Part shown: positions 34,446 through 43,925 of the stretch, piece after piece
Position numbering within the stretch: the stretch's first letter is position 1
Layout of the letters: every line of letters begins with the position of its first letter
Assembly: GCA_963665615.2 (NCBI GenBank)
Contig: CAXXQE010000001.1
Coordinates: 1 to 64,000 of the forward strand
DNA from: Syntrophales bacterium
Lineage (GTDB): Bacteria; Desulfobacterota; Syntrophia; Syntrophales; UBA4778
Direction of reading: 5' to 3'
Length of the DNA stretch: 64,000 nucleotides
Made by a program: the position numbers and the translations under genes
Notes under the pieces: generated by a model
Database searches by the model: none
The model's input: only the letters and a program-made list of their open reading frames with translations
Told to the model about the DNA's origin: nothing

Positions 34446-35144
34446 TTGCTCCTGGTCGGCGGATTGGTTTATCTGTTCTGGCGGTTCGATCTGATCTATC
34501 ATTTGACGGCAAAGGACCGGGTTATCGCCTTCATTCGTTCGGCCGGCACCCTTTCGGTTCCCGTTTTCATCGGCGTTCAGGTCCTGCAGGTCGTTGTCTC
34601 ACCTATCCCGGGCGAACTGACGGGGATCGCAGGGGGGTACCTCTTCGGCCCCTTCTTCGGTTTTCTCTATTCCACAATCGGCCTGACCCTGGGGTCCTGG
34701 ATCGCCTTCGGTGTGGCGCATGTCCTGGGGCTGTCCTTTGTCGAAAAGATCCTTAAGCAAAGCTTTATCAAAAAATACGACTACCTGTTGGAACACCGGG
34801 GGATGCTGATTACCTTCATGCTCTTTCTGATGCCCGGTTTCCCAAAGGACTTTCTCTGCTATCTGCTTGGCTTGAGTCACATGCGCTTCTGGAAGTTTCT
34901 GCTGATCGTGACAACGGGGCGCGCCTTCGGGACGCTGCTGCTGTCCTATACGGGCGGGTTGGCCCGTCAGCACCGGCTGCTACCGATCCTTGTTTTGCTG
35001 TTCCTGAGCGCGCTGATCGTGCTGATCGCTTATTTCAACCGCGACAGATGGCTGCGGCTGATGAAGAAAGAGCACGAACTGGCCGAGCGGCTTCACCGGC
35101 GGCGAACGCAGCGCGACCGTCATTCCGCCGGTGCCTCGAAGTGA
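34446..35144 (+). CDS. TVP38/TMEM64 (DedA-like) membrane protein
   Basis: PIPGE..GGYLFG..G..LGS, PGFPKD..Y..GL; start uncertain. Confidence 0.85.
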   Translation: MLLVGGLVYLFWRFDLIYHLTAKDRVIAFIRSAGTLSVPVFIGVQVLQVVVSPIPGELTGIAGGYLFGPFFGFLYSTIGLTLGSWIAFGVAHVLGLSFVEKILKQSFIKKYDYLLEHRGMLITFMLFLMPGFPKDFLCYLLGLSHMRFWKFLLIVTTGRAFGTLLLSYTGGLARQHRLLPILVLLFLSALIVLIAYFNRDRWLRLMKKEHELAERLHRRRTQRDRHSAGASK

Positions 35145-35199
35145 AGGGCGCGGGTTTCTCGGACACGGCGTTGTTCTCAGCTGAAAGGGCTTTTCATCG

Positions 35200-38100
35200 G
35201 TGAACAGCAAACGACACGGTCTCTTGCCCCTCTTGACAAGCATCGTCCTGCTGGTCGTCGTTGTGGCGGCTGGCCTCTACTTTTTCAGCGACCTCCTGGT
35301 CAACAGCCCCTGGATGCGTGCGAAGATCGGTGCCGCGCTTTCCCGCGAATCCGGTGGCGTCCTTTCCTACAGGCGTCTCACGCTCGAACTTTTGCCTCGC
35401 CCCCGCGCAGTCTTGCGCGGCGTCTCGGTTTCCGTTGCAGACATCCAGATCCATGTGCCCACGGCGGAGATCGATGCCGAACTTAGTCAGCTGCTTTTGG
35501 GGACCCTGCGGCTCAACCGCCTGGAACTTCAGCAACCGCAAATAGTCGTCGCCCTGTCTGAGGAAGAAACCCCTTTCGATCCGCGCAAAATCGAAGCCAA
35601 ACTCCTCCCCGTTTTCAGATTCGTTGCGAGGATAGCGCCCGATGTGCGGATTGGAATCCGCCAGGGGTTGCTGACATTAACAAACTTCAAGAAGACACCC
35701 GTGACACAAGACGGCCGCGCAACCTTTACGGGCCTGGATATCGGCCTGGCGTTATCCGATGGCCTGGTCGTGAACGGACGATGTTCGGGTTCCCCCTGGG
35801 GCGCTGCGGCGCTCAAGGGCCGGTTCAGCTATACCCCCGGCATCCTGCAAGTGGATGGCGCAGAGGCTGCGATCGGTCGGAATGTTGTGCGAGCGTTTTC
35901 GGGGCGTCTGGATTGGCGCAAACCGACGCTGCTGGTGGCAGCGAAGACGGGGCAGAGCGATTTGACCTTCGACGATATCGAACGCTGGAGCGGCCGATGG
36001 CTGACCCGCGCCGTTCCACATCTGAAGCATATCGGGGGAGATGTTTTGATTTCCTCGGCCTCTTTAGAGGGGCCCTTGCGGGCGCCCGCCGATTGGCGCT
36101 TTCATGTCTCCGGGCTTTTGCGGCGAATCAACCTGGAGACCGAGCCGGGGCCCGGTCCCGCTCGAATCGCCTCAGCCGCCTTTGAGGCCAGCGAGCAGAC
36201 GCTTGCCTTTGAGAAGGCGGAAGTCGCTGCGATCGATTCGGGCCTCCAGTTGGCGGGTCAGTGGCGGTTCAAGGCAAAGCGTCTGGAGACCTTGTCATTT
36301 TCTGGAGAGATAGGCCTCAGTACCATTCAGTGGTTGTCGCGCTATGTCCCGGTGCTCCAAGACGCCGTACTGCCCGGCAAGGTCAAGTCGAGCGGATGTC
36401 TCAGCGTGCAGCCGGGCCTTTTGCAGATAAAGAATATGGATGTCGCAACGGGCCAATCGTCTCTGTCCGGACTTACCGCCAGGATTGAATTCGGCAGCGA
36501 GCGCATGTCTCGCGGCTTGCCGCGAGGCAAGCGAGCGAATCAGGACAAAACAGCTACCTTGGGAATCGGAGATTCGCCGGAGCTTGCTCCGGGGAGTTTC
36601 CAATTCGGCAGCGAGCGCATTCCCCGTCTTGAGGCGGTTATCCGCCGGGCCGTTATCGTTCGCCGGGAATTCGGTTTATGGGGGGACTCGGCACTCAAAA
36701 GGGCAATCCCGGCCCTGACGGAGATCAGCGGCACCTTTCGTTTGATGTCTTGTCATCTGGAAGGGCCGTTGGAAAAGCCGGAGAAATGGCGCGTCCAGAC
36801 AGTCGGCACGATTGAGCGCGCTGCCGCCGGAATTGGCGTGCTGCCGGCTCCCGTGCGTGTCGATGCGGCTGAATTCTCTATTGACGGCAACCGGATTGAA
36901 ATGCGGGACGTACACGGGGAATGCCTGGATACGGCGATGACCGGTTCGGCGCTTTTCCGGTTTTCTGAAGACTACGATCTGGCAGGGATGGATCTGGCAT
37001 TTGACGGATCTGTGGGCGAACAATCCATTCGCTGGATCCATGACCGCGTCGAATGGCCAGACAGGCTTGTCGTCCCGAAGACGCTCTCGGTTTCCGCCGG
37101 TCGATTGAACTGGCAAGGCGCAGACCGGTTCATCCTGAAAGGGCTGTTCAAACCCCGCGAAGGTCTGCGCCTGACGGTCGATATGAGCCGTACGCCGGAC
37201 GGCGTTCAACTTCGCGACAGCGGCGTTCAGGACGATCTGTCCAACACTGCCGTCTCCCTCGACTACCAGCGAAAAAAGGCGGTGACCTTCAACGCGTCCG
37301 GGACACTCCATAAAAAAACGGTGGAAGCCCTCTATCGTCTGGAACTCCCGGAGGGCGCGACGTTGACAGGGGAGTTGAAGGGACGCGTGCCGCTGGAGCA
37401 GCCGCATGACATGACGGTGACAGGAAGGCTTCAGGTCAACAATATACGGATTCCGCTCGGCGGCGGAGCGCCCGTCATCGCCAAGTCGCTCGACTTGAAG
37501 GCAGTTGATAGGGAACTGACTGTGGAGCGTTCAGACCTTTTCTGGATGGGGCATCCGATTTCTCTGCGCGGACACGCAACAGCGGCTTCGGACAAGATGA
37601 TCTTTGATGCGGACGTCAAGACCGACCGGATCGTCTATGATGAGTTGATCGAGGCAATCCTTCAGGGACAAACGGATAACGGCAAGAGCGCATCTTCCTG
37701 GTTTTCCCGTATGCAGCTAGGCGGACACATCCGGGTTTCAGCCGATCGTTTCGATTTTCGTCAATGGCCCTTCATGCCTTTTTCCGGGGAGATCGTCCTG
37801 TGCGGGAAGTCGACTCGAATCTTCGTTTCCGGGACGCGACTTTGCATGTTGCCGGTCGCCGGATCCCTGGAAATCCTCAACGGCGGTTTGTCGTTTGCCT
37901 TTCAGTCCCGTGCGGAAAATCTGAAAGCCGCGCCGGTTTTGAAGTGCTTGACGGGCGAACGGACGGGTGTTACCGGCACGTTCAGCCATCGGCTGGAATT
38001 GCAGGGAGATCGGGAGGCGCCGGCCTCACTGCGCGGAGACGGCGAAATTGTTTTGACCAACGGTCGCATCTACCGCTTCGCCCTGCTGAGTCGAATCCTG

Positions 38101-38514
38101 GAGTTTCTCAATATTACCCGACTGGTGATGGGAGATATCCCGGAACTTGGGCAGAAGGGAACCCTCTACGACACGATCCGAATACGATATCATGTTGAAG
38201 GAGAGGAGGTGCTGGTGGATCAGATTCAACTCAACGGCCCGACCCTGCGGATCGCCGGTGAAGGGACCATTCACACGGGTCATAAAACCATGCGCCTCAC
38301 GCTGCTCGTTTCTCCCCTTAGAACGGTCGATAAAATTCTGGGAAAGATTCCCGTTGTTAAGAATTTCCGTAATATCATCGCTATTCCGGTCGGCGTTTCC
38401 GGTGACTGGAGTGATCCCACGATCATCCCCCTTGCCCCTTCTGCCGTCGGAACGCATCTCTATGAACTGATGAAAAGCGTTGTGCGCCTTCCCTTTACCC
38501 TGTTGAACCCCTGA
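35200..38514 (+). CDS. AsmA-like envelope protein containing an in-frame repeat insertion
   Basis: N-terminal TM, repetitive beta-rich body, AsmA-like C-terminus (GEGTI..L..SPL.TVDKILGKIP..V.GDW.DP). Confidence 0.75.
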   Translation: MNSKRHGLLPLLTSIVLLVVVVAAGLYFFSDLLVNSPWMRAKIGAALSRESGGVLSYRRLTLELLPRPRAVLRGVSVSVADIQIHVPTAEIDAELSQLLLGTLRLNRLELQQPQIVVALSEEETPFDPRKIEAKLLPVFRFVARIAPDVRIGIRQGLLTLTNFKKTPVTQDGRATFTGLDIGLALSDGLVVNGRCSGSPWGAAALKGRFSYTPGILQVDGAEAAIGRNVVRAFSGRLDWRKPTLLVAAKTGQSDLTFDDIERWSGRWLTRAVPHLKHIGGDVLISSASLEGPLRAPADWRFHVSGLLRRINLETEPGPGPARIASAAFEASEQTLAFEKAEVAAIDSGLQLAGQWRFKAKRLETLSFSGEIGLSTIQWLSRYVPVLQDAVLPGKVKSSGCLSVQPGLLQIKNMDVATGQSSLSGLTARIEFGSERMSRGLPRGKRANQDKTATLGIGDSPELAPGSFQFGSERIPRLEAVIRRAVIVRREFGLWGDSALKRAIPALTEISGTFRLMSCHLEGPLEKPEKWRVQTVGTIERAAAGIGVLPAPVRVDAAEFSIDGNRIEMRDVHGECLDTAMTGSALFRFSEDYDLAGMDLAFDGSVGEQSIRWIHDRVEWPDRLVVPKTLSVSAGRLNWQGADRFILKGLFKPREGLRLTVDMSRTPDGVQLRDSGVQDDLSNTAVSLDYQRKKAVTFNASGTLHKKTVEALYRLELPEGATLTGELKGRVPLEQPHDMTVTGRLQVNNIRIPLGGGAPVIAKSLDLKAVDRELTVERSDLFWMGHPISLRGHATAASDKMIFDADVKTDRIVYDELIEAILQGQTDNGKSASSWFSRMQLGGHIRVSADRFDFRQWPFMPFSGEIVLCGKSTRIFVSGTRLCMLPVAGSLEILNGGLSFAFQSRAENLKAAPVLKCLTGERTGVTGTFSHRLELQGDREAPASLRGDGEIVLTNGRIYRFALLSRILEFLNITRLVMGDIPELGQKGTLYDTIRIRYHVEGEEVLVDQIQLNGPTLRIAGEGTIHTGHKTMRLTLLVSPLRTVDKILGKIPVVKNFRNIIAIPVGVSGDWSDPTIIPLAPSAVGTHLYELMKSVVRLPFTLLNP
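36490..36603 (+). repeat. Dispersed two-hairpin element, copy 4 (114 bp, in frame inside the AsmA-like CDS)
   Basis: Follows TTGAA (36485-36489) and ends TCCAA. Immediately followed by a second left end (36604-36626). Confidence 0.85.
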
Positions 38515-38547
38515 AACAGAGGAACCTTTGGCTCTACCGTCAGGGCA

Positions 38548-38584
38548 TGACTATTCTCCGGAGCATGCTCTGAAGAATAGTCAA
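38548..38584 (+). terminator. Hairpin between convergent genes, resembling the element right end
   Basis: TGACTATTCTCCGGAGCATGCTCTGAAGAATAGTCAA. Confidence 0.55.
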
Positions 38585-38596
38585 CCTGTGCCGGGT

Positions 38597-39286
38597 TTAT
38601 CCTTGTTTTGTAAAGTTGGATTTATCCGCGCCGCAGACCGGGCAGACCCAGTCCGCCGGAAGGTCCTCAAAGGCCGTATCTGCGGGGACATGGTTGTCCA
38701 CGTCACCGGCCGCCGGGTCATAGACATAGCCGCAGATCGAACAGGTGTACTTCGATCCGATTGCCGCAGGCGCGGCAGCCTCCGGCGCAATATAGGTCGG
38801 GGCTGTCTTGGGGGATTTCCCCTTCTTGACCGTTTGGTAGTAAGCATACGTCATCGGCGTCTCGTCGCTTAGACCCTCGCGTGCGGCCACATTGCCGAAG
38901 AAGATCGTGTGCGTGCCACAGTCGATTTCATTCGTAACCTTCAGTTCGAAATACGCGACCGCATGATCCAGAACGATCGGGGCCGAGGTCTGACCGATCT
39001 TGTAATGGACCCCTTCGAACTTGTTGGATTCCCGGCCGGAGCGGAACCCGAACTGACCGATGAAGGTCATCGGTGTCGATTCAGCCAGAACGGAGATGGC
39101 TGCGACCTTGCTGGCGCTGATGTATTCGTGCGTCAGATTCTGCTTGTTGATGCTGATGGCCATAGTTGCCGGTTCCGATGTCACCTGAAACAGGCTGTTG
39201 GCGATCTGTCCGTTATACTTTCCGTCCTTGACAGAACTGATGACGTACAGACCGTAGCTGATGCTGTAGAAGGCTTCCTTTGCCAT
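38597..39286 (-). CDS. Flavin reductase-rubredoxin fusion (high-molecular-weight rubredoxin type)
   Basis: SYGLYVI..FGFRSGR..GTHTIF followed by [20 protein letters not shown] at 39286. Confidence 0.88.
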   Translation of the reverse strand: MAKEAFYSISYGLYVISSVKDGKYNGQIANSLFQVTSEPATMAISINKQNLTHEYISASKVAAISVLAESTPMTFIGQFGFRSGRESNKFEGVHYKIGQTSAPIVLDHAVAYFELKVTNEIDCGTHTIFFGNVAAREGLSDETPMTYAYYQTVKKGKSPKTAPTYIAPEAAAPAAIGSKYTCSICGYVYDPAAGDVDNHVPADTAFEDLPADWVCPVCGADKSNFTKQG

Positions 39287-39303
39287 GAATCCCGTATTCC
39301 TCT

Positions 39304-39801
39304 CTAGTCGATTTTCTTGAACAGGCTGCCCTTGGTGCCGCAAACGGGGCACGTGTCAGGAGCGGCATGATCGGCCGTATAGCCGCAGACCGGGCAGACG
39401 TAATAGGGGTATTCCTCCTGCGCTCCTCCCAGGTTCGCCAGCAGGTTCTGGTAGTGCGCGGCATGGATCTTTTCAACCTCATTGGCGAAGATGAAACTCC
39501 GCTCGGCCGCGGCGTTGGCCTCCGCCTTGGCTGCCTCGATCATCTCGGGATACATTTGGGTGAATTCGTGCGTTTCCCCGGTGATTGCCTCCTCGAGATT
39601 TTCTTTTGTGCTCTTGATGCCCTTGAGCACTTTCAGGTGATTGTGAGCGTGAATCGTTTCCGCCTCCGCTGCGGCTCTGAACAAACGCGCGACCTGGGGA
39701 AATCCTTCCTGCTCCGCCTTGGCAGCAAAGGCGAGATATTTTCGATTGGCCTGGGACTCGCCTGCAAACGCTTCTTCTAGAAATGTCTCGGTCTTAGACA
39801 T
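39304..39801 (-). CDS. rbr: Rubrerythrin
   Basis: [30 protein letters not shown]. Confidence 0.92.
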   Translation of the reverse strand: MSKTETFLEEAFAGESQANRKYLAFAAKAEQEGFPQVARLFRAAAEAETIHAHNHLKVLKGIKSTKENLEEAITGETHEFTQMYPEMIEAAKAEANAAAERSFIFANEVEKIHAAHYQNLLANLGGAQEEYPYYVCPVCGYTADHAAPDTCPVCGTKGSLFKKID

Positions 39802-40022
39802 GAGAACGTCTCCTTTCTTAATCGGTCATTTTAGCCAACGCCGCCTTTACCTTCAATGACGTTGGGGCAATAGCATGAATCAGATCGGAGGGACTTGTCA
39901 ACGGGAATTCTTCTTTCTGGGAGCACACGGGCAGTCGTCAAACCTCGAGGTCTCCGATTTGTTTTGACATTCAGGCGAGGTTATTCTTATATGAACAAAA
40001 CATCTCATGGGGAGGTGTCACC

Positions 40023-40610
40023 ATGGAAGAGGGCATGATCTCGCGCATTGACCACGTATCTATCGCCGTCAGGGATTACGAAAAGGCCAGGGTCTTTTTT
40101 ACCACACTTTTCGGGGCTGTCCCGGGAGCCTCGGGGCGTGACGAAACCACGAAATACTTCTGGCAGATCTTTTCCCTTGGCGACATGAGTCGCATGGAAC
40201 TGGTGCATTCCACCGGTCCTGGGAGCTTTCTCGATAGCTTTCTGGCGGAGCGTCAAGGGGGGGTCCACCATATCACCCTCCAGACCCCAGATATCGCTGA
40301 AGCCAGACGGCGTCTCGAAGCAAATGGCATCCCCTATTTCGGTTGCAACGAATACCGCGACGCTTACTGGAAGGAGTTGTTCATTCACCCCAAGCATGCC
40401 TTCGGGGTTCTGATCCAGATTTCCGAGTTTCGGGCCGATGACTGGCTGGCCGATGCAGTGAAACTTCCGGACCCAAAACGCTGGTTCGTCGAGAAGTCGG
40501 GTGAAATGGTCCATCTCAGCTTGGAGCACCCCGGCGGAGGACAGGTGCGAGTTGAACTGACCCATGAAGAGGTTAAGCACCTCATTATGGACCTGGAGAA
40601 AAATGAGTAG
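40023..40610 (+). CDS. VOC family protein (methylmalonyl-CoA epimerase-like)
   Basis: IDHVSIAV, MELV..FL..GGVHHI, FIHPK..GVLIQ. Confidence 0.8.
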   Translation: MEEGMISRIDHVSIAVRDYEKARVFFTTLFGAVPGASGRDETTKYFWQIFSLGDMSRMELVHSTGPGSFLDSFLAERQGGVHHITLQTPDIAEARRRLEANGIPYFGCNEYRDAYWKELFIHPKHAFGVLIQISEFRADDWLADAVKLPDPKRWFVEKSGEMVHLSLEHPGGGQVRVELTHEEVKHLIMDLEKNE

Positions 40611-40626
40611 CGGGCTGTGTTGACCG

Positions 40627-41058
40627 ATGCGTCTGTGGAGCCTCCACCCTCAATATCTCGACCGTCAGGGGCTTCTCGCCCTGTGGCGCGAGGGGCTGCT
40701 TGCGCGCAAGGTGCTGACAGGGCAGACCGTCGGCTACCGCAATCATCCGCAACTGAAACGTTTCCAATCGCAGAAGAATCCGTTGGCTGCGATCGACCAG
40801 TATCTGCGCGTCGTTTGCGACGAAGCCTCGCGGCGCGGCTACCGCTTTGACATTTCCAAACTCGATGTCGATGCCTCGTGCAACCCGATTTCCGTCACTG
40901 ACGGACAAATGCACTACGAGTGGGCGCACCTCCTGCTCAAGCTGAAGGCGCGGGATCCGGGCCGTTACCGCCGATTAAGCGTCCTGGCTGAACCGGAGTC
41001 TCACCCGCTCTTCAAGGTCGTGGCCGGTCATGTCGAACCATGGGAAAGGGCTCGGTAG
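40627..41058 (+). CDS. Pyrimidine dimer DNA glycosylase / T4 endonuclease V-like protein
   Basis: MRLWSLHPQYLDRQGLLALWREGLLA..GYRNHPQL. Confidence 0.85.
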   Translation: MRLWSLHPQYLDRQGLLALWREGLLARKVLTGQTVGYRNHPQLKRFQSQKNPLAAIDQYLRVVCDEASRRGYRFDISKLDVDASCNPISVTDGQMHYEWAHLLLKLKARDPGRYRRLSVLAEPESHPLFKVVAGHVEPWERAR

Positions 41059-41079
41059 ACGGACTCCTCAGTCTGCCAT

Positions 41080-41146
41080 CGAATCAGGACTAAGCATTTA
41101 CCTTGGTATAGGAGATTCGCCGGAACTTGCTCCGGTGAGTCTCCGA
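41080..41146 (+). repeat. Dispersed element, copy 5 (right half)
   Basis: cgaatcaggac..taccttgg..ggagattcgccggaacttgctccggtgagtctcc. Confidence 0.75.
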
Positions 41147-41235
41147 TGCGCTTCAAGCGATTGCCGTGCGTGTGGAAATATAAGTGACGACTTTTCTAGA
41201 AACATTGGAAGATCAGCAGCGCTTCTTTTTCAACG

Positions 41236-41778
41236 ATGCTAAAACAATACCGGTTTGGATATATGAGACAAGTTCCTTCTAATCTCGTTCTGATCGGAAT
41301 GCCGGGTTCAGGCAAAAGCACCGTCGGCGTGATCCTTGCCAAGCGGATGGTGCGCGAATTTGTGGATACGGATGTGCTTATCCAGACGGTACAGCGTCGG
41401 TCCCTGCAGGATATCGTAGATCGGGACGGCTACATGGCATTGCGGCGGATCGAAGAGGACGTCTTGCTTACCCTCGCTGTGAGAGACCACGTCATTGCCA
41501 CGGGCGGCAGCGCGGTATACAGCGAACACGCCATGACACACCTCAAGTCGGACGGCCTGTGCGTCTTTCTGCAAGTCGATCTGGAGACACTCACGCAGCG
41601 GATGGCCGATTTCGATGCTCGGGGCATTGCCATGCAGCCGGGGCAGAGCCTGGCCGAGCTTTTCGACGAGCGCGCCGCGCTCTACGCAAAGTACGCCGAC
41701 ATCACGATCAAGTGTGAGCGAATGACGCAGGAAGCGGTTTGCGAACGCATCATGGCCGCTGTTGCCGAAGCGCGTTAA
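41236..41778 (+). CDS. aroK: Shikimate kinase
   Basis: LIGMPGSGKST, DTD, IATGGS; start may be 41263. Confidence 0.85.
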   Translation: MLKQYRFGYMRQVPSNLVLIGMPGSGKSTVGVILAKRMVREFVDTDVLIQTVQRRSLQDIVDRDGYMALRRIEEDVLLTLAVRDHVIATGGSAVYSEHAMTHLKSDGLCVFLQVDLETLTQRMADFDARGIAMQPGQSLAELFDERAALYAKYADITIKCERMTQEAVCERIMAAVAEAR

Positions 41779-41991
41779 TGAAGCGGGAGGGTGTCGCATT
41801 GCTGGTCAACAACCTCTCGACCAATCCGAAACGGCATTGCCTGCATATTGGCTGTGAAGCAGGACAGGAATGCAATGCCACGAGCTCCGCCCGAACAGCT
41901 CGGGTGAAGCCTGATCTCTATGGGAGTTGATACAGGCGCCGCGTGCGGCATCCCGTTGCATAATGACTAAAAAGCGTATCTTTTGTGACAC

Positions 41992-42378
41992 CTACTCCTC
42001 AACCGTGATTGTTCCCGTCATTTCACCATGTCCCAGGCCGCAAAAAATGTCGCAGTGGAATGGAAACACGCCGGTCTTGTCCGGCACCAACCTGAGTCTG
42101 CTTACTTGATCGGGGAGGATGTCGGTGCGTAGGCCGAGTCCCGGACAGAAGAATCCATGTTTCCTGTCAAGTGAGATAAACTCCAGAACGACCGGCACGC
42201 CTCTTTTGAGCATGAGTTTGTCGGGGGAAAACTCAAATTTTTTTGCCGTGATTCGTATGATCTGTTCCTGATCCGACGAAGCCGCTGCGCAAGCGTTGAC
42301 CATTCCCCAAAAGGAGATTGAAACCGCCATGAAAAGCGATGCGCCCAGAAAAAGGGACCGCAGACGGATGGCTCTCAT
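41992..42378 (-). CDS. Exported cupredoxin-domain protein
   Basis: Signal-like N-terminus; D..HGF and CDIFCGLGHGEM (CuA-like ligands). Confidence 0.82.
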   Translation of the reverse strand: MRAIRLRSLFLGASLFMAVSISFWGMVNACAAASSDQEQIIRITAKKFEFSPDKLMLKRGVPVVLEFISLDRKHGFFCPGLGLRTDILPDQVSRLRLVPDKTGVFPFHCDIFCGLGHGEMTGTITVEE

Positions 42379-43277
42379 AATCTCTCTCCTTTCACGCTGT
42401 ATTCGGTTATTTGATAGATCGCCTTGTCTAGCTCTGCTGTAACGCTGCGATATCCGAGGCCCTTATACGGCATTGCCGCATCCCAGGGCACAGGCTGTTT
42501 TTTTGGGACGGAACCGGCCAGCGGCAGCGGGTACATCATGCCTTTTGCAGCATGATGGCTGATATGGGCAGTTTTGAAGTGGTGTTCTTGGTGAATGTGA
42601 CCATAGAAGACGGTCACATCGCTATAGGGCATGAGAAGCGCCAAGGCTTTCGAACCGTCGCTGGTATGCCAATCCCAGTCCGGATATAGATCAAAAAGCG
42701 GGCGATGAGCAAAAACGACAATCCGGGTGCTCTTGTCGAGACTTGCCAGATGATCCTTCAACCACGCCAATTGCTCTTCTCCGATGGTCGACGAAGGGTT
42801 GGAGACGTTATCCAACACTATAAAATGCACACCTTTATGGTCGAAGGTATAACGGGATTTTCCAAAAATATTCCTGAAAGCAGCGCCCTCGTCAAGCGCC
42901 GCGTCATGCTCTCCGGGCATCAGGTAGATGTTCTTGGCGTTCAATCGGCTGATGGTGTCCCGGAAGCCGACGAGTCGCGTTTCGCGCTCTTTGTCATCCT
43001 CGGTTACATGCGTCAGGTCGCCGGTAAAGATGATAAAATCAGGCGGATGCTTTAATGCATTGATCGCCTCGATGGCTTTTTTCAATGTGCCGGTGGGATC
43101 GGGGTTTATGGCCGGACCCGTAAAACCCCAGTGCGTGTCGGACAGCTGGATAAAAAAGAAATCATCTTTTCGGGGCGCAATGTCGGCTGCCAGCGCACGG
43201 ACGCCTGCCATTTCGGAAATAAAAACCACACTGCACATTCCTGCCAGCTTTAAAAAATACCTTCTGTCGATGTTCAT
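42375..43277 (-). CDS. Tat-exported metallophosphoesterase
   Basis: IDRRYFLK signal; SDTH, TGDL, GEHD, AHRP, GHIH; GGAGG RBS before ATG at 43277. Confidence 0.88.
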   Translation of the reverse strand: MNIDRRYFLKLAGMCSVVFISEMAGVRALAADIAPRKDDFFFIQLSDTHWGFTGPAINPDPTGTLKKAIEAINALKHPPDFIIFTGDLTHVTEDDKERETRLVGFRDTISRLNAKNIYLMPGEHDAALDEGAAFRNIFGKSRYTFDHKGVHFIVLDNVSNPSSTIGEEQLAWLKDHLASLDKSTRIVVFAHRPLFDLYPDWDWHTSDGSKALALLMPYSDVTVFYGHIHQEHHFKTAHISHHAAKGMMYPLPLAGSVPKKQPVPWDAAMPYKGLGYRSVTAELDKAIYQITEYSVKGERL

Positions 43278-43295
43278 GGCGACCTCCTTGTTGAA

Positions 43296-43347
43296 TGCTT
43301 CAGCGCGCGCATTCCCCGCGGCTTGCGAAGGGGAATGCGCGCGAACC
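43296..43347 (+). repeat. Dispersed element, copy 6 (left hairpin)
   Basis: Follows TTGAA; tgcttcagcgcgcgcattccccgcggcttgcgaaggggaatgcgcgcgaa. Confidence 0.75.
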
Positions 43348-43461
43348 AGAAAAGAAACACGTATTACTGAATGTTCAATGTTTCCTCGTGCGCGTGAAGG
43401 TGAGGCAGCGGGGGCAGAGCCAATGATGCGAAATGAAAAGGTGTGGGCGGTGAACTTCGGT

Positions 43462-43695
43462 TTACAGTCTTCTATCGCGTTTCCCGATGCCACCGCATTC
43501 CGGCGTATAGCAGGTGACATTTTTGAAGACGCATTTCTTGTAACACGACGGGCAGGTTTCGGGGGGCGCGACTGCCTGGAGTGTGTGGCCGCATTCACCG
43601 CACTTCCAGTAGCTCAGCTCGCAGTCGGGGCAGATGTCCTTCCCGATCTCTGCATCGAACGACCTGCCGCAGCTTGCGCAGACTTTCGTTGTCAT
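43462..43695 (-). CDS. Small Cys-rich rubredoxin/zinc-ribbon protein
   Basis: Four CxxC pairs and VTCYTPECGG; GGAGG RBS. Confidence 0.65.
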   Translation of the reverse strand: MTTKVCASCGRSFDAEIGKDICPDCELSYWKCGECGHTLQAVAPPETCPSCYKKCVFKNVTCYTPECGGIGKRDRRL

Positions 43696-43828
43696 GGGAA
43701 ACCTCCAACGAAACGATTTGATCTGCTTATATTTTTTTAAACGATAGCAGAGTCCCGCAAGATGTCAACTTCATTATTTTGGCGAATGCTTGGTATGGAG
43801 GTGAGCGATTTTGAGGTGATGGAAGCCA

Positions 43829-43860
43829 AAAAAAGGGCGCTTCAAACGAAGCGCCCTTTT
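43829..43860 (-). terminator. Terminator, probably the original tRNA-Glu terminator displaced by the island
   Basis: AAAAGGGCGCTTC-aaac-GAAGCGCCCTTTT just outside the att copy. Confidence 0.75.
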
Positions 43861-43865
43861 CAGCA

Positions 43866-43896
43866 TATTGGCGTCCCCACGGGGATTCGAACCCCG
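43866..43896 (-). repeat. att site (duplicated tRNA-Glu 3' end)
   Basis: TATTGGCGTCCCCACGGGGATTCGAACCCCG, identical to 55706-55736. Confidence 0.95.
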
Positions 43897-43925
43897 TGTT
43901 TCAGCATTAACTATCATGAATCACT

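Noticed and set aside
36486..36620. 19-bp target-site duplication around copy 4
   Set aside because: The repeated AATTCGGCAGCGAGCGCAT matches the element's own left end in other copies, so it is better explained as a second partial copy.
41800..41932. Possible further IS200/IS605-like end (AATGCCACGAGCT..AGCTCG)
   Set aside because: A single weak hairpin with no clear match to the repeat family; not enough support.
43278..43598. 107-aa N-terminal extension of the metallophosphoesterase in the ORF track
   Set aside because: It reads through repeat copy 6 and overlaps the Cys-rich gene. The RBS and Tat signal place the start at 43277.
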